A stretch of 63,581 nucleotides of DNA, the filler included, from Stramenopiles sp. TOSAG23-3 (taxonomy: Eukaryota), in the NCBI GenBank assembly GCA_900128585.1. It is 24 parts of 24 records of this genome, joined end to end, with 100 filler letters (N's around TTAATTAATTAA, not from the genome) between each part and the next. Parts side by side here need not be neighbours in the genome. Positions count along the whole stretch, not along the records: positions 31,945 to 34,495 come from LT644733.1; positions 34,596 to 37,145 come from LT644734.1; positions 37,246 to 39,793 come from LT644735.1; positions 39,894 to 42,440 come from LT644736.1; positions 42,541 to 45,087 come from LT644737.1; 19 more parts are not named here. One strand, 5' to 3'. Under the pieces are notes generated by a model. It did no database searches, was not told the origin of the DNA, and worked only from the letters and a program-made list of their open reading frames with translations. Each line of letters begins with the position of its first letter. The stretch's first letter is position 1. Of this stretch, positions 33,475-44,682 are shown in pieces. The position numbers and the translations under genes were made by a program.

Positions 33475-34323
33475 CTATTTTGAGGTCCACCATATATGCG
33501 TTGTGTGTTTTACGTCGTACCGGTACGGTGCCCCATCAAACCCCCCAGCATTGCTATAAAATCCCTGCACGGCGGGGTCTGGGCTGCTGGTTGCCCTGAA
33601 ACCCTTTGGCAACCGCTTCATGGCCTTTGTCTTGCTGTGTATTTTTGGGATAGAGCTCTTAATTTTTGAATCAGAGGAATCGGAGCGCAAGATACCAGGC
33701 TGTAATTTAAAGGGTGGGCTTACACCGATCTTAGCAGCGGAAGCGTTTGTCCCCATCCACCATGTGACTACTTCATTTGTCGCGGTTACCAAAATGCCTT
33801 TAACACTACACTTTTTTGCAACCTTTTGCGATATAGAAAATAAGCACGCGCCAAACCCCTTGTTTTGTTTACGTTGCCTGGTCGCAAACCATATGACCTC
33901 CCACACCTTCCCCCCCCTGGTGTCGTGTTCTACGCAAAGAATGGCACTAGTAACCTTGCTCGAATTCCGAGAAATCAAAGCCAAAACAATGGTTCGAGAA
34001 TAATCGTACCTTAACGCGTGCTCGACATATTCCCCACCCTTAAACGCCACGTTGATTTCACCACGACGCTTCTTAAAGAAATCGAATACGTCCATGACGT
34101 AGGTGTCCCCTTTCATTTTCCATGGCTCCTCGACGATGCTGCAGTAAACGTCATTTTTTAGCTTCCCGCAATCTAGCATTGATTTATTTACCAAGTCACG
34201 TTTAATATTTCGCCTCCATTTAACAACTTTCTCCTTTCGCGCATTCACCTCATCTGGGGATAACGTGGTATTCACAGCTGCAGAGGCATATTTCGAAGAT
34301 GCACAAAGTCCCATGACCCTCAC
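33475..34323 (-). CDS. GNAT-fold acetyltransferase-like protein (5' end uncertain)
   Basis: WEVIWFATRQRKQNKGFG (motif A Q.KG.G) and ILVTATNEV..WW. Confidence 0.65.
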   Translation of the reverse strand: MRVMGLCASSKYASAAVNTTLSPDEVNARKEKVVKWRRNIKRDLVNKSMLDCGKLKNDVYCSIVEEPWKMKGDTYVMDVFDFFKKRRGEINVAFKGGEYVEHALRYDYSRTIVLALISRNSSKVTSAILCVEHDTRGGKVWEVIWFATRQRKQNKGFGACLFSISQKVAKKCSVKGILVTATNEVVTWWMGTNASAAKIGVSPPFKLQPGILRSDSSDSKIKSSIPKIHSKTKAMKRLPKGFRATSSPDPAVQGFYSNAGGFDGAPYRYDVKHTTHIWWTSK

Positions 34324-35173
34324 TTTCTCGCAAGCGAACGCGGCAACGTGTAAAACAGTAGAAAAAGTGTAGAACTCAAGACAACCTGTATGTTATTGTG
34401 CCCCAACCGAACGTTCCATGCAGACTGCAGAGTTGAAAAGTTGAAGCCTAGAAACCCCCAACAGGGTGACCGGTAACAACAGAGTGTAAACGTATNNNNN
34501 NNNNNNNNNNNNNNNNNNNNNNNNNNNNNNNNNNNNNNNTTAATTAATTAANNNNNNNNNNNNNNNNNNNNNNNNNNNNNNNNNNNNNNNNNNNNCACCT
34601 TTTGAAGCAGGTGTAAGAGCATTTCATTGTGCAGGCTCCTGGTTGTAATGGTGAAAAGTTACATGTTCGGCTAGTGAAGAATAATGGCTGGCCTTGTTGA
34701 ATCCTTTTTTTTATTATTACGTGTACAACAGTATGATCAGAGCATACAGTATAATATGTTAGGGAGGAGGAGGGAATATAATAAACACAGCATTAAACAA
34801 GTTGGTAAAAAAATGAAATTTTATCATAATTTAATTGTGTATTTATTCTAAATTAAATAAAAGAAGAAAGAGGAGATGATGGTTTTGTTTTGTTTTGTTT
34901 TGTTTTGGTCGGACTGGCGACGACTGGCGGGCGGGGATGGGCACAGCACTCTTTCTTATTAATTATACAAATATAAAATATCTTTTTAAAAAGGTTTTGA
35001 ACCGATCTTTATCTATTTTTCTAAATGAAAACAGTGTAACAAGCGTCCCAACAAAAAAAATGAAATTATGCAGAGGTTCAGGGTTCATTAATCAATCATT
35101 GCATTGCTATTTTTCCAATAGTGAAGTATTAATTTCACCCAAAAGTGACTTGTACATACATATACATGCAGAT

Positions 35174-36532
35174 ATGCCTTCATTCTTTTCAGTCGCGGGG
35201 GGCACCGACGTCGTGATTTCTTCGGACGGCTCGAAATCCCTGCAAAGGCGACGGGCCCAGTCGTCCTCCCAAACGCTGCTTCTTTACCAGTATGACCCAG
35301 CAAGTAGTGAATTCCGCAAAAGAGAAATGAATAGGGCCGAGCTTTTAAAAGAAGTTAAGGGCGTTGCGGACAAGTCGACCCCGTTGTTTGCGGAGCCCGA
35401 GGACACGCTGCATCCGCCTACCCCGACAGCAAGAAGACGGCTGCGCTCGTCGGAGTCGTTTTCTGGCCATTATTTATCGGGTCAAGACATGGGAATTAAA
35501 GCGCGCGATATACGTAAATTGGACCCTGTGTTTGAGTCTGTGACCGACGCGAGTATTTTAGTGCGGTATGGGGCAATCATTATGTGTTTAGGCAGCGGGG
35601 AAGAGACGCTGCGAGCTTTAGTTCTACGAGACCGAATTTATTTTGTAATCAGCGATGGCTTCGATTCCATCATAACCAGTGTGAGAGAGAACCTCGTTGC
35701 CGCGGCGATTGGGAACGCACCCGTCAAGGTGGAGGCCAACGCTGGTAAGTCACCGAACACTACTCCGGTAAAAGAAGACGGCCCTATGGGTTTGCCGTTC
35801 GAGTTCCGGGCCATCGAAGCGTTTTTGCTTACTTGCACCGACAAGCTGCGGCTGCAAACGGAAAGGCTTACGAAGAGCATTCAGAAACTGTTGGGCCAGA
35901 TAAAGTCGAAATCCATGAAACATCGCATCAACGACGAAGCGATGCAGCGGCGTATGTTTCAGCACAACGAGGACGCCCAGACCCTGATCAACCACGCGGG
36001 GGCTACGGCTAGCGCGCTTCAAGACGTGCTAGATTCGGACGAAGACATGGCGTACATGTACTTGAGCAAGCTGTTCAACAACCCAGCCTTGTTCGAGCAC
36101 GAGGACATCAATGCACAACACGAAGAGGTTGAAATATTGTTGGAATATTACCTGTACGAAGTTCGTGGGATACTTCGGCAAGCACAGCTGCTCAAGCAGC
36201 GCATGCGTAATGCAAGCGCGTTCATGTCGTTTCAACTCAACGTCACACGAAACCGTCTTCAAAAATTAGAAATTACCATCACGTCGTTCAGTGCAATAGT
36301 CGCACTATGTGCTGTCGTCGTAGGTGTCTTTGGCATGAATCTTCCGCCTTTGACGGACATTCCCCAGTACATTTCAGGGAGGTCGAACCCGACGAACAGC
36401 AGCAGCACAAGGGTTGATATAAATACGGCAAACACGAACGCGTTTGCGGCGGTTGTCACCTCGTGTGCGGTACTAATTTTTGCCATAGGTCCATTGTTCG
36501 CCCGATTGCTGTGGAGATCGGTTGTTATTTAA
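35174..36532 (+). CDS. MRS2: MRS2/CorA-family magnesium transporter
   Basis: RDIRKLDP, ILVR, LPFEFRAIE, LDSDEDMA.MYLS, EEVEILLE.Y, RN.L and FGMNL (GMN); two C-terminal TM helices. Confidence 0.93.
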   Translation: MPSFFSVAGGTDVVISSDGSKSLQRRRAQSSSQTLLLYQYDPASSEFRKREMNRAELLKEVKGVADKSTPLFAEPEDTLHPPTPTARRRLRSSESFSGHYLSGQDMGIKARDIRKLDPVFESVTDASILVRYGAIIMCLGSGEETLRALVLRDRIYFVISDGFDSIITSVRENLVAAAIGNAPVKVEANAGKSPNTTPVKEDGPMGLPFEFRAIEAFLLTCTDKLRLQTERLTKSIQKLLGQIKSKSMKHRINDEAMQRRMFQHNEDAQTLINHAGATASALQDVLDSDEDMAYMYLSKLFNNPALFEHEDINAQHEEVEILLEYYLYEVRGILRQAQLLKQRMRNASAFMSFQLNVTRNRLQKLEITITSFSAIVALCAVVVGVFGMNLPPLTDIPQYISGRSNPTNSSSTRVDINTANTNAFAAVVTSCAVLIFAIGPLFARLLWRSVVI

Positions 36533-36573
36533 GGAAGGGTAAGTCTCTTAATCGTAAATCATAGCACTGACTA

Positions 36574-36828
36574 TTGGCCCACGACAATGTGGATGTGAAC
36601 AGACAAAACAAGAACGGTGAAACAGCCATCCATGCGGCTGCCAAAGGGGAACCCTCCGACGTCTTGAAGTTATTAATGGATCATCCATCGTTGGATGTTA
36701 ACCTGGAGACAACCAGTGGCCAGTCGGTGAGGGAAGCAGCTGGAAGTGTGTTAGGCTTAACGTTTCAAACAAAGAAACAACAGCCCGTCCATTCAAGGCC
36801 GGGAAAGGGTGCAGGTTGTAGAATCTAA
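36574..36828 (+). pseudogene. Ankyrin-repeat remnant or orphan exon
   Basis: DVNRQNKNGETAIHAAAKG..DVLKLLM...LDVN; no ATG; upstream continuation broken by a frameshift and stops. Confidence 0.55.
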
Positions 36829-37613
36829 TTTATCACAACCCAATTGACTTCGTATATTTTTTGAAGTTGAAAATAATAAATTAAAATTTATAAAAATATA
36901 TATATATTCCTATACTTTTAACCACAAAGGTACTAATTAATATGATATTTTGGTTTTTTCATATCATATGATATCATAGTAATTTTAAAGAAAACACACT
37001 GCACTTGATTATTTCCTTTTAAGCATTATCATATTAATTTTAATTACTTAAAATTAAAATAGCCAATTTTCTTGTTTTTAACGTGAGAAAAGTATATTGA
37101 AGTACCCGCCGGCGGTAGCATTTTTTAGTCTTTGAATACCTCTTCNNNNNNNNNNNNNNNNNNNNNNNNNNNNNNNNNNNNNNNNNNNNTTAATTAATTA
37201 ANNNNNNNNNNNNNNNNNNNNNNNNNNNNNNNNNNNNNNNNNNNNGAAGAAGAAGAAGAAGAAGAAGAAGAAGAAGAAGAAGAAGAAGAAGAATGAAGAA
37301 GAAGAAGAAGAAGAAGACGAAAGAAGAAGAAGAAGAAGAAGAAGAAGAAAGCTAAAAAAAAATATAAAATAATATTAATAATAATATACTCTATAGGCTT
37401 CTTCCCCCCAATTTCCAAAAAACAATAAGACACATGCGATTACAATAAATCGAACGAACGAATATATATATGTGTACATATAATAAATCAATGCCGACAA
37501 GAATTTCAAGTGTAACTTTGTACGCTTAAATGTTTGTACCTGATTCATTGGTTTGATTTTTCTCTCTCGCACACAAAGCGGGACAGTGGTGACACTGCCT
37601 CTTCCGTCCGACC

Positions 37614-38663
37614 ATGGCTAGTGGGCGCGCAGAAAATGCCCTTGGTGAAGGTGGGGGAGGGGGGGGTGGCAAGGGAGCGACTCCGTACATGTCGCGTGTT
37701 TTTGGTGAACTATTGCCGGAGAAGTGTAAAACATTGATTGTGGGCGACGGGGACTTTTCTTACTCGGCCTCCCTGTGCAAACTGTACGATTTCAGCCTGA
37801 TGGTGTCCACGTCGTTTGACACGGAAGTCCAGCTCAAGGGAAAGTATGGGGACGAGTACACGGTGGAGGTTGTCTCCTTTTTGACGTCGAACGGTGTACA
37901 GGTGTTCCATGGGGTCGATGCGACGGATCTTGGCACGACCCTGCCCCTTCTGCAGAGCAGCACGAAAGGTGACCCCCTGAGCTTTGACGTAATTATTTTT
38001 AACTTTCCGCACCAGGGCGGGAAGAGCAACATAAAGAAAAGTCGGCTGTTGCTCCAAAACTTCTTCTCGTCCTCGGACGCGTTCCTTGCTGCCGGTGGAA
38101 AGGTCGTTGTGACGCTTGCGAAAGGCCAGGGCGGCACTGCGTTCGACATTGTTAAGCGGGAGAAGCAGAACACGTGGAAGATCGTAGAAGCAGGCGCGGC
38201 TTCGGGATTTATCCTCGCAGAGTGCTTTCCCTGGATCCCCATGGAAGGATACAAATCGAGCGGCTACCGGTCCACGAAGCGGTCCTTCATCACCCGCGAT
38301 GGCATGACCCACATTTTTGTTAAAGACAACCTGGGGTACGAATCTCTCGACCCTCCCACGTGGAGGCATGACCTGTCCCTATGGGTTGTGGACGAAGAGA
38401 AGTACGACGAGAACACGCTTTTGAACGGCGTTTATTCGATCGCCGGGGAGGAGAATATCCTCTCCTTTGAACTGATCGATTCTTTCCGAATCACTCCCCG
38501 CGACCCAGCCGTCGGGGACTCGAAAAAATTGACCCACTGCTACAAGCTCTTGTACAGGAACAAAGTGAACCGTGCCCTGCCAAAGTGCGGTGCCTTGGCT
38601 TTACAAACAAAAGTTCGCGAAGGGTTGAATGAAGCAACTGCGGGAATGGTCATCGTGCGATAA
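37614..38663 (+). CDS. BMT5/DUF2431-type rRNA methyltransferase domain + ferredoxin-fold anticodon-binding domain (FDXACB1-like)
   Basis: LIVGDGDFSYSASL, GVDAT, FNFPH, VTLAKGQGG, HDLSLWV and CYKLLYR. Confidence 0.85.
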   Translation: MASGRAENALGEGGGGGGGKGATPYMSRVFGELLPEKCKTLIVGDGDFSYSASLCKLYDFSLMVSTSFDTEVQLKGKYGDEYTVEVVSFLTSNGVQVFHGVDATDLGTTLPLLQSSTKGDPLSFDVIIFNFPHQGGKSNIKKSRLLLQNFFSSSDAFLAAGGKVVVTLAKGQGGTAFDIVKREKQNTWKIVEAGAASGFILAECFPWIPMEGYKSSGYRSTKRSFITRDGMTHIFVKDNLGYESLDPPTWRHDLSLWVVDEEKYDENTLLNGVYSIAGEENILSFELIDSFRITPRDPAVGDSKKLTHCYKLLYRNKVNRALPKCGALALQTKVREGLNEATAGMVIVR

Positions 38664-39419
38664 ACGAAGACTCGTGAGATGAATCGAAAATACTAAGTAC
38701 TTAGTAACAATTTTTTAAATGGTAAAATTTTACTAGATAAATTAAAATTAGAACAGTCCCCTTTCTTGATTGTTTCTTCGTTTGTTCGCATGAACACCTT
38801 TTGTATCCGGTTAGTTCATTCTTCATTCCATTTTTCCATGTGACCTTATATTATTTTGTGAGGTCAAATAAATGGTAGGTATATCTCTGATCAGAGATAT
38901 ATAATTATTGTATTTATTTACTTTTTATTTATATCTATTCCGTAAAAAAACCAAAAGAGGAAAGATAAAGTTCGCAGTATTATACATGAAGGAATGTAAA
39001 CCAAGAATGTCTAAATCTAGAGTTCAGTTCGCAGTTCGCAGCCAATATTTTCTTGTTTTTTTTTTATATCTAATAATAAAATATTCACATATAATAAATA
39101 ATAATAATAATAGGCTAAAATGTATATTTATTTTTTTTTTTAAAATTAAAATACCATTTATTTTTAAGCCGCCGCCCTTCCGCCTTACTTACGTCGGAAT
39201 ACCAAGAGAGAAAAATAAAGAGATGATTATATAGTTATTATATTTAAATTAAAGAAGGGGGGGGGGGTGAAGAGTTTAAGTACCAAAATATAAGAATAAT
39301 AATATGGGAATACAATACAACAGGATCGATGGATATATTTTATTATTATTATTTTCAGTTTTCTTTATATTTATTATTATATATTTATTATATGAAAGAA
39401 AGGATCATTTATTTCATAT

Positions 39420-39451
<32 letters not shown>

Positions 39452-39561
39452 CAAGCAAACAATTCATGTAAATTAAATGAAAACGGAACAAAGTTTCGAA
39501 GTTGTACAACGTGACTTTGTATTAGCAGACTGACTACGCGTGAATTGGTTTACATAATAGG

Positions 39562-39793
39562 ATGCGTTTGATTAGATGCGTGTTCCTTTGTGTTCTTTTC
39601 CATTTGGCATTAAGCAACGGCGCCAGGGGTGCGGGGCAAGAGCCCAATCCAATTCCAGATCTCACTGCTGGAGGGGAAGAGAGCGGTGCAGATGCGGGTG
39701 GTGGTGAGGCAGAACAGAGTGAAAAGTCAGATGAGAGCGCGATCACAACTACGAGCGCGAGCAAGTCTGCGGGGCAAGAGCCCAATGCGGGCG
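39562..39793 (+). CDS. Secreted or surface protein, N-terminal fragment (AGQEPN repeated)
   Basis: Signal peptide MRLIRCVFLCVLFHLALSNG; gcggggcaagagcccaat occurs twice; truncated. Confidence 0.55.
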
Positions 39794-40337
39794 NNNNNNN
39801 NNNNNNNNNNNNNNNNNNNNNNNNNNNNNNNNNNNNNTTAATTAATTAANNNNNNNNNNNNNNNNNNNNNNNNNNNNNNNNNNNNNNNNNNNNTTATTCG
39901 TCGCTCAGACAACGTCCATGAAGTTGTGCACAGGTTTTCGAGCAAGTATGGAATTAGCGACAACCAGGTTCAAACAATCATAGACTACGTAGTCTCAAGA
40001 TTTCATTGAAACGGAGGATTGCACTCGGTTGCTAATATGCAACGCACACACGTACAACTTAGCTGTATATTTTACGAATACAAGGTATTAAAAACAAATT
40101 GAAAAAAAATGAGAGTCTTAAAGCATACAATATAATTTGTTTTTTTATTAAAACATATTTTTTTTACGTTTACACAGTTTTTCATTTTTACCATACTACC
40201 AGACGAAAAAATCGACAAAAAGCACGAACTTTCAGAGACTTGGTTGGGTGCGACAAATGGTCGCGCTCCTTGAAAAACTTCGCATTACATTGCATATGAT
40301 GCCCGCGAATGCCTCAGGCGACTAAATCTTCTCCGCC

Positions 40338-40661
40338 TTAATTCGCCGTAAACCTCCACCACGATGGATACACCACCGATAGTGCCTCCAAAGGTGTTTT
40401 GGTAACAATTACCGAGTTTTCAGCTGAAACAACAGGGGAAAAGCTATTCGTCAAATTAATGGTCGGGGTTCGCACAAACTCTGGCAGACTGTGAAACTGT
40501 TCGGGCATTTCATTTGAGCACGTCATCTGTTCGCAACAGGAATGATAGCCCTGTCGCTGTTTATGGCGTGGATTTTTTTTACATATAACATACAAGTTTC
40601 CCCTGCGCCTCACTAGTTTGCAGCTTTTACAAAGACGCCTCACTGCGGACTTCACCTTCAT
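40338..40661 (-). CDS. RPL36: Nuclear-encoded organellar (probably mitochondrial) ribosomal protein bL36 with C-terminal extension
   Basis: [38 protein letters not shown] is the canonical bL36 zinc ribbon. Confidence 0.88.
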   Translation of the reverse strand: MKVKSAVRRLCKSCKLVRRRGNLYVICKKNPRHKQRQGYHSCCEQMTCSNEMPEQFHSLPEFVRTPTINLTNSFSPVVSAENSVIVTKTPLEALSVVYPSWWRFTAN

Positions 40662-41629
40662 AGTATCACGATTCGGTTAAACTTCACGGTTACTACACAA
40701 CTCTACAGACAAATCGATAACAGTGTTTCTACACCCACTCTGTACCCGTTAATTTTCTACAAACAATTTAACAAATGTTTCAAAACGAGTCTCTGGCATA
40801 TCCTTTTCTTCAGTGGAAATAATGATTCCTTTTTTCTTCTTCTTTTGTTTACATTCAAAAGTAGAGATATAGAGAAGTATATTCTCTCTTTGAGACGATG
40901 AATAATAATTGAATAATTTTTTTTTTTTATCGCCGATGTGATGATCATCGCCGACTTTTTAAAAAAACAACAACAAATATATATACTTTAAGGTATTTAA
41001 CATTATATGTAGTTCCCTTCGACACCCCATATTTATAACACTTTTATACTAATTATATATATTATAAATACAATACTCGAGAAAAGACAAAATATTATTA
41101 TTATATGTCCTTAATTTGAATATCGAAGAGCAATGGCTGTCAGTTGTCAGTTGTTTAATAATCAGATGTTTATTTATTATAGAATGGTAAATGAGTATAA
41201 GAATACAAACTAATGTACTTTAAAGTGTAACAAATAATAATATACTTAATTAAATATGAAGAGAAACCCTATCCTGTCCTATCTGTCCTCGTATTATACC
41301 AAGTATAATTACGTTATTTAGCAGTTTTTTTTTTATTTTATTTTTTTCAAAAGCAATGATAATGGAGGAGAGGATGATGGAAAGATGTTGATGATGGTAG
41401 ATGGTAGATTGATAATGATGATGGTCGATGAATGAAGAATGATGAGGAGATAGTCTATAATAATAATATATAGATGGGTTTGAAGTTTGAAATTGATTTT
41501 AAATTTTTAGTAGTAACAACCAGAATTCAGATTTCTAGGTACGTTATTAAACAAAGCTAGGAAAGGTTAGTTTTAACGAAAACGTAATTTTGGGGACCGT
41601 GAGTACAAACTAGTGACGCGTCGTTGGAA

Positions 41630-42440
41630 ATGGAAAAGACGGTCAAGCGTGAAAGGGAACAGCCCCCACCGGCCGCTCCTTCCGGGGAAGCTTTGAAGCC
41701 TTCGCCTCTGTCAACTCGACTGCTTCTGCCCAACTTAGCAGTGAAACAGAAACCCCGTCGGGTGCACAGGCGCAGTGGAAAACGGACAAAGGTTAGTGAA
41801 AATTTGGAACGACAGCAAGAATTTAAGCCGTTCAAGCCACAAAAGCAAAATATAGGTAGGAGTAAACAAGGGTTAAGGGCAAGACAATATGTATATACAA
41901 AGAGGCAAAACAAAACGAAGGAGGGCGAGATACGGGTGGGGCAGGGGACCAGGGCTACAAACGATTCGAAACTGCCGCAGGGAGCACTCGGCCTCGATTA
42001 TTTTACGTTTGAATATGGGATATGTTCGCACTATCCTTATTACGATCCATACAACTGTTTTCAGGTAAAAAAAGAGACCGCAATGGCAGCTGGAGAAAGC
42101 GTCCACTTTACTGCCACTCTTGATGGTGTCACGTTATACAACCGTGGGGTTGCTGAATTCATTGACAAAAGTCAGTGGTTAACGGAAAAGGAAAACTTTA
42201 GAGTCCTTAAGAGAAAGCGATTTTTTCGATATTTTCGCGAACTTGTAGTATTTGCGGCTTGGAAGGCATATTTTCGCCACAGCAAACAACAGATCGCCCA
42301 GAAGCAAATACAAGGGAGGCATTTTATATTTGACAATATATTAGGGCAAAGCATAATCCGACTGCACAATTTAATTTATAAATTAGAAATTGCTTTGTCT
42401 CGTTGCGAAAGTAACGTTGGGGCCAGGGGTCCAAACAGCG
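41630..42440 (+). CDS. Axonemal (inner-arm type) dynein heavy chain-like, N-terminal fragment
   Basis: YDPYN..V, FTATLDGVT, EF.....WL.EKE.F..L....FF..F....VF.AWK pattern; motor domain not on the contig. Confidence 0.6.
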
Positions 42441-42542
42441 NNNNNNNNNNNNNNNNNNNNNNNNNNNNNNNNNNNNNNNNNNNNTTAATTAATTAANNNN
42501 NNNNNNNNNNNNNNNNNNNNNNNNNNNNNNNNNNNNNNNNTC

Positions 42543-42704
42543 GAAATAAAAAGCAAACTCCCAGTCTTTGACGTGGTCTTGGTCTTAAAGCCGAACGGTT
42601 TGTACAAACGACGAGTGCTGAAGCCGCTAGAGACGCTTGAAGTGGAACACTACTTAAGACACTCAACCATTCTCTTAGATTTTCAAGAATATGAATTATG
42701 GTAA
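42543..42704 (+). CDS. 3' end of an upstream ORF overlapping the recombinase start by 14 nt
   Basis: 53 codons open from the contig edge (EIKSKLPVFDVV...DFQEYELW*); not in the ORF track. Confidence 0.4.
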   Translation, partial: EIKSKLPVFDVVLVLKPNGLYKRRVLKPLETLEVEHYLRHSTILLDFQEYELW

Positions 42705-44613
42705 GAACAGTGGAAAAAAAAGACCACCAAATTGGTCATCATATCACTCAAATAAAAAACAGGCATTTGCCAAGCAAGTAAGGGGCATGTCAAAAAATCT
42801 GGTTTTGACTCCTGAAAGACCACCGTTGGCCAGTGATAGTGGTAGCTCTAGTTGTACATCTTCTACTTCCAGCTCTAGTTGTAGTAGTTCTAGTTCAGAT
42901 ACTGATTGTGATTTGGAAAATGGTGAAGATGTTGATTGCAATGATGTTGATGGCAATGCCAGTGTCAAGAAAGTTGAAGACCTAAATAAGTATTTTGATT
43001 TTGGTGTTTCTGTTAGCTTAAATGATGCATATTTAAGCAAGTTTAAGGTGGAGCACAAACTGTCTGTTTACGAAACATATATGGAGTGGGTATCATCTGA
43101 AAGTGCTGGTGTAGGCCTTGAGTCAAAAAGGAAACAAATTGAAATGGGTTATTCTCGAGGTGCCTGTTTTGGTCTTGGTAAACAATTGAATCGCTACGTC
43201 ACTGATTTGGATCTTGTGTGCCAATATGTTGACACACACATTACTGTTGGGGATGTTATGTCATCATTTGATCCAACAGAGGATAAAACATCAAAGTTCT
43301 GGTATGAACACTTGAAAGCAGAGCAGAGTGAGCAGCCTGTGTATATCCAAAAAAAGCGTCGAGATAATATTGTGGGGGGAATCAGCAAGTTTCTTGCTTT
43401 CTGTTTTGTAATTGAATCAGAAGACTTTGCAACATACATACCACCATTTGGAAGTATTAGGAATGTAGCAAATGACTTTAAGCTTATTGATTCCTATTTG
43501 CATCACAGAACAAATTTGAAGCACCGTGCTATATCCGTTGTTCAAGATCTGTCGAAACTGAATTTTTTCATAAAGCGAATTGTTGCTGCCTTTTATTGTG
43601 TTGATAAAAAGAGTAGATCAATGTTAATGGAGAGGTATAAGTACATACCTGAGGTTGTCAATGCAACACCAGCATTATCTGAGTATATTTCAATGAGAAT
43701 GAAAGATGTTCGTTCCCAAAGTGTACTTCAGCACAATGAAAAATACTCAATTGCCGGTATGAAGGAGGCTAAACTGTGGGTTCCTAGAGAAAAAATCAAA
43801 CTGGATAGAAAAACTATTGTTGAAAAACTAATACTGTTCAGAAATGTTGTTGGAAACAAAAGTTACCCGTTGGAAGCTATTGATGATCAAAGTAAAAAAG
43901 ATCAGAGAACATTTGCAGCATCACAGTGTCTGATCATTGCATTAGTTTGCAACACATGTTATGGTAATCGGACACAGGTTATGCAAAAGTTAAAACTTAA
44001 TGAAAGGAGACTTACATGCAGCTACCATAGAAATTGTCAAGAGTACATGGAACAATTACATGAACATCAACATGTTGAATGGGATCTAGATAAAGTTGGG
44101 CGTGAAAAAAGAGCAAGGGATCGAAAAGGCATAGGGCTTGTAGAGCCAGATTGTATTACAAGTTTTTTAGATTGGTTCATAACTGCAACACAAGATTTTC
44201 GTCTGGAGTGTAAGGATCCAAGTTTTGTGTTTTTTCCTCTTGTCTTTCATTATGGAGCAGCACGGTCAATTACTTTCAGAAAATCATCTAACTTTCAGAA
44301 CACAGATGTGAACAAAGCTATTCGTTACACCAATGCTGTCTTTGATGTTACCATACCAAAGCCCTCTGTGATGCGTCATCTTTATTGTACACATGAATAT
44401 TTAGATTGGTATGAGTCAAGTCCAGGGGTAGACAATCGGGATTTTGATAAACTTTTGGAAGACCTTAGCTATGACATGAACACAACAGTACATGAGATTC
44501 TAAACACATATTTAGTCTGCAACTACTCCCGATATCAATTACATGATCATGAAGCTAGGGTTAGAGCTGCATCTAAAGTAAACAAAACACTGGCTGGTAT
44601 GAGATATACATGA
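42691..44613 (+). mobile_element. Divergent tyrosine recombinase/integrase (640 aa) of a mobile element (Polinton-like-virus or Crypton type)
   Basis: Catalytic-domain order CYGNR (R 43969-43971), KVGREK, FVFF, KPSVMRHLYCT (R 44374-44376) and LSYDMNTT......Y (Y 44509-44511); clearly lower GC than host genes. Confidence 0.78.
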
Positions 44614-44682
44614 TTATAAAATGTCCAATTGCCATGAAGACATTAAAAGCTTTGACCATCATTGCAAAGATCATGTGAAAGA

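Noticed and set aside
36539-36566. Tiny GTAAGT...TAG intron linking MRS2 to the ankyrin fragment
   Set aside because: It lies after the MRS2 stop codon, so it cannot create a fusion; the ankyrin piece is better read as a remnant.
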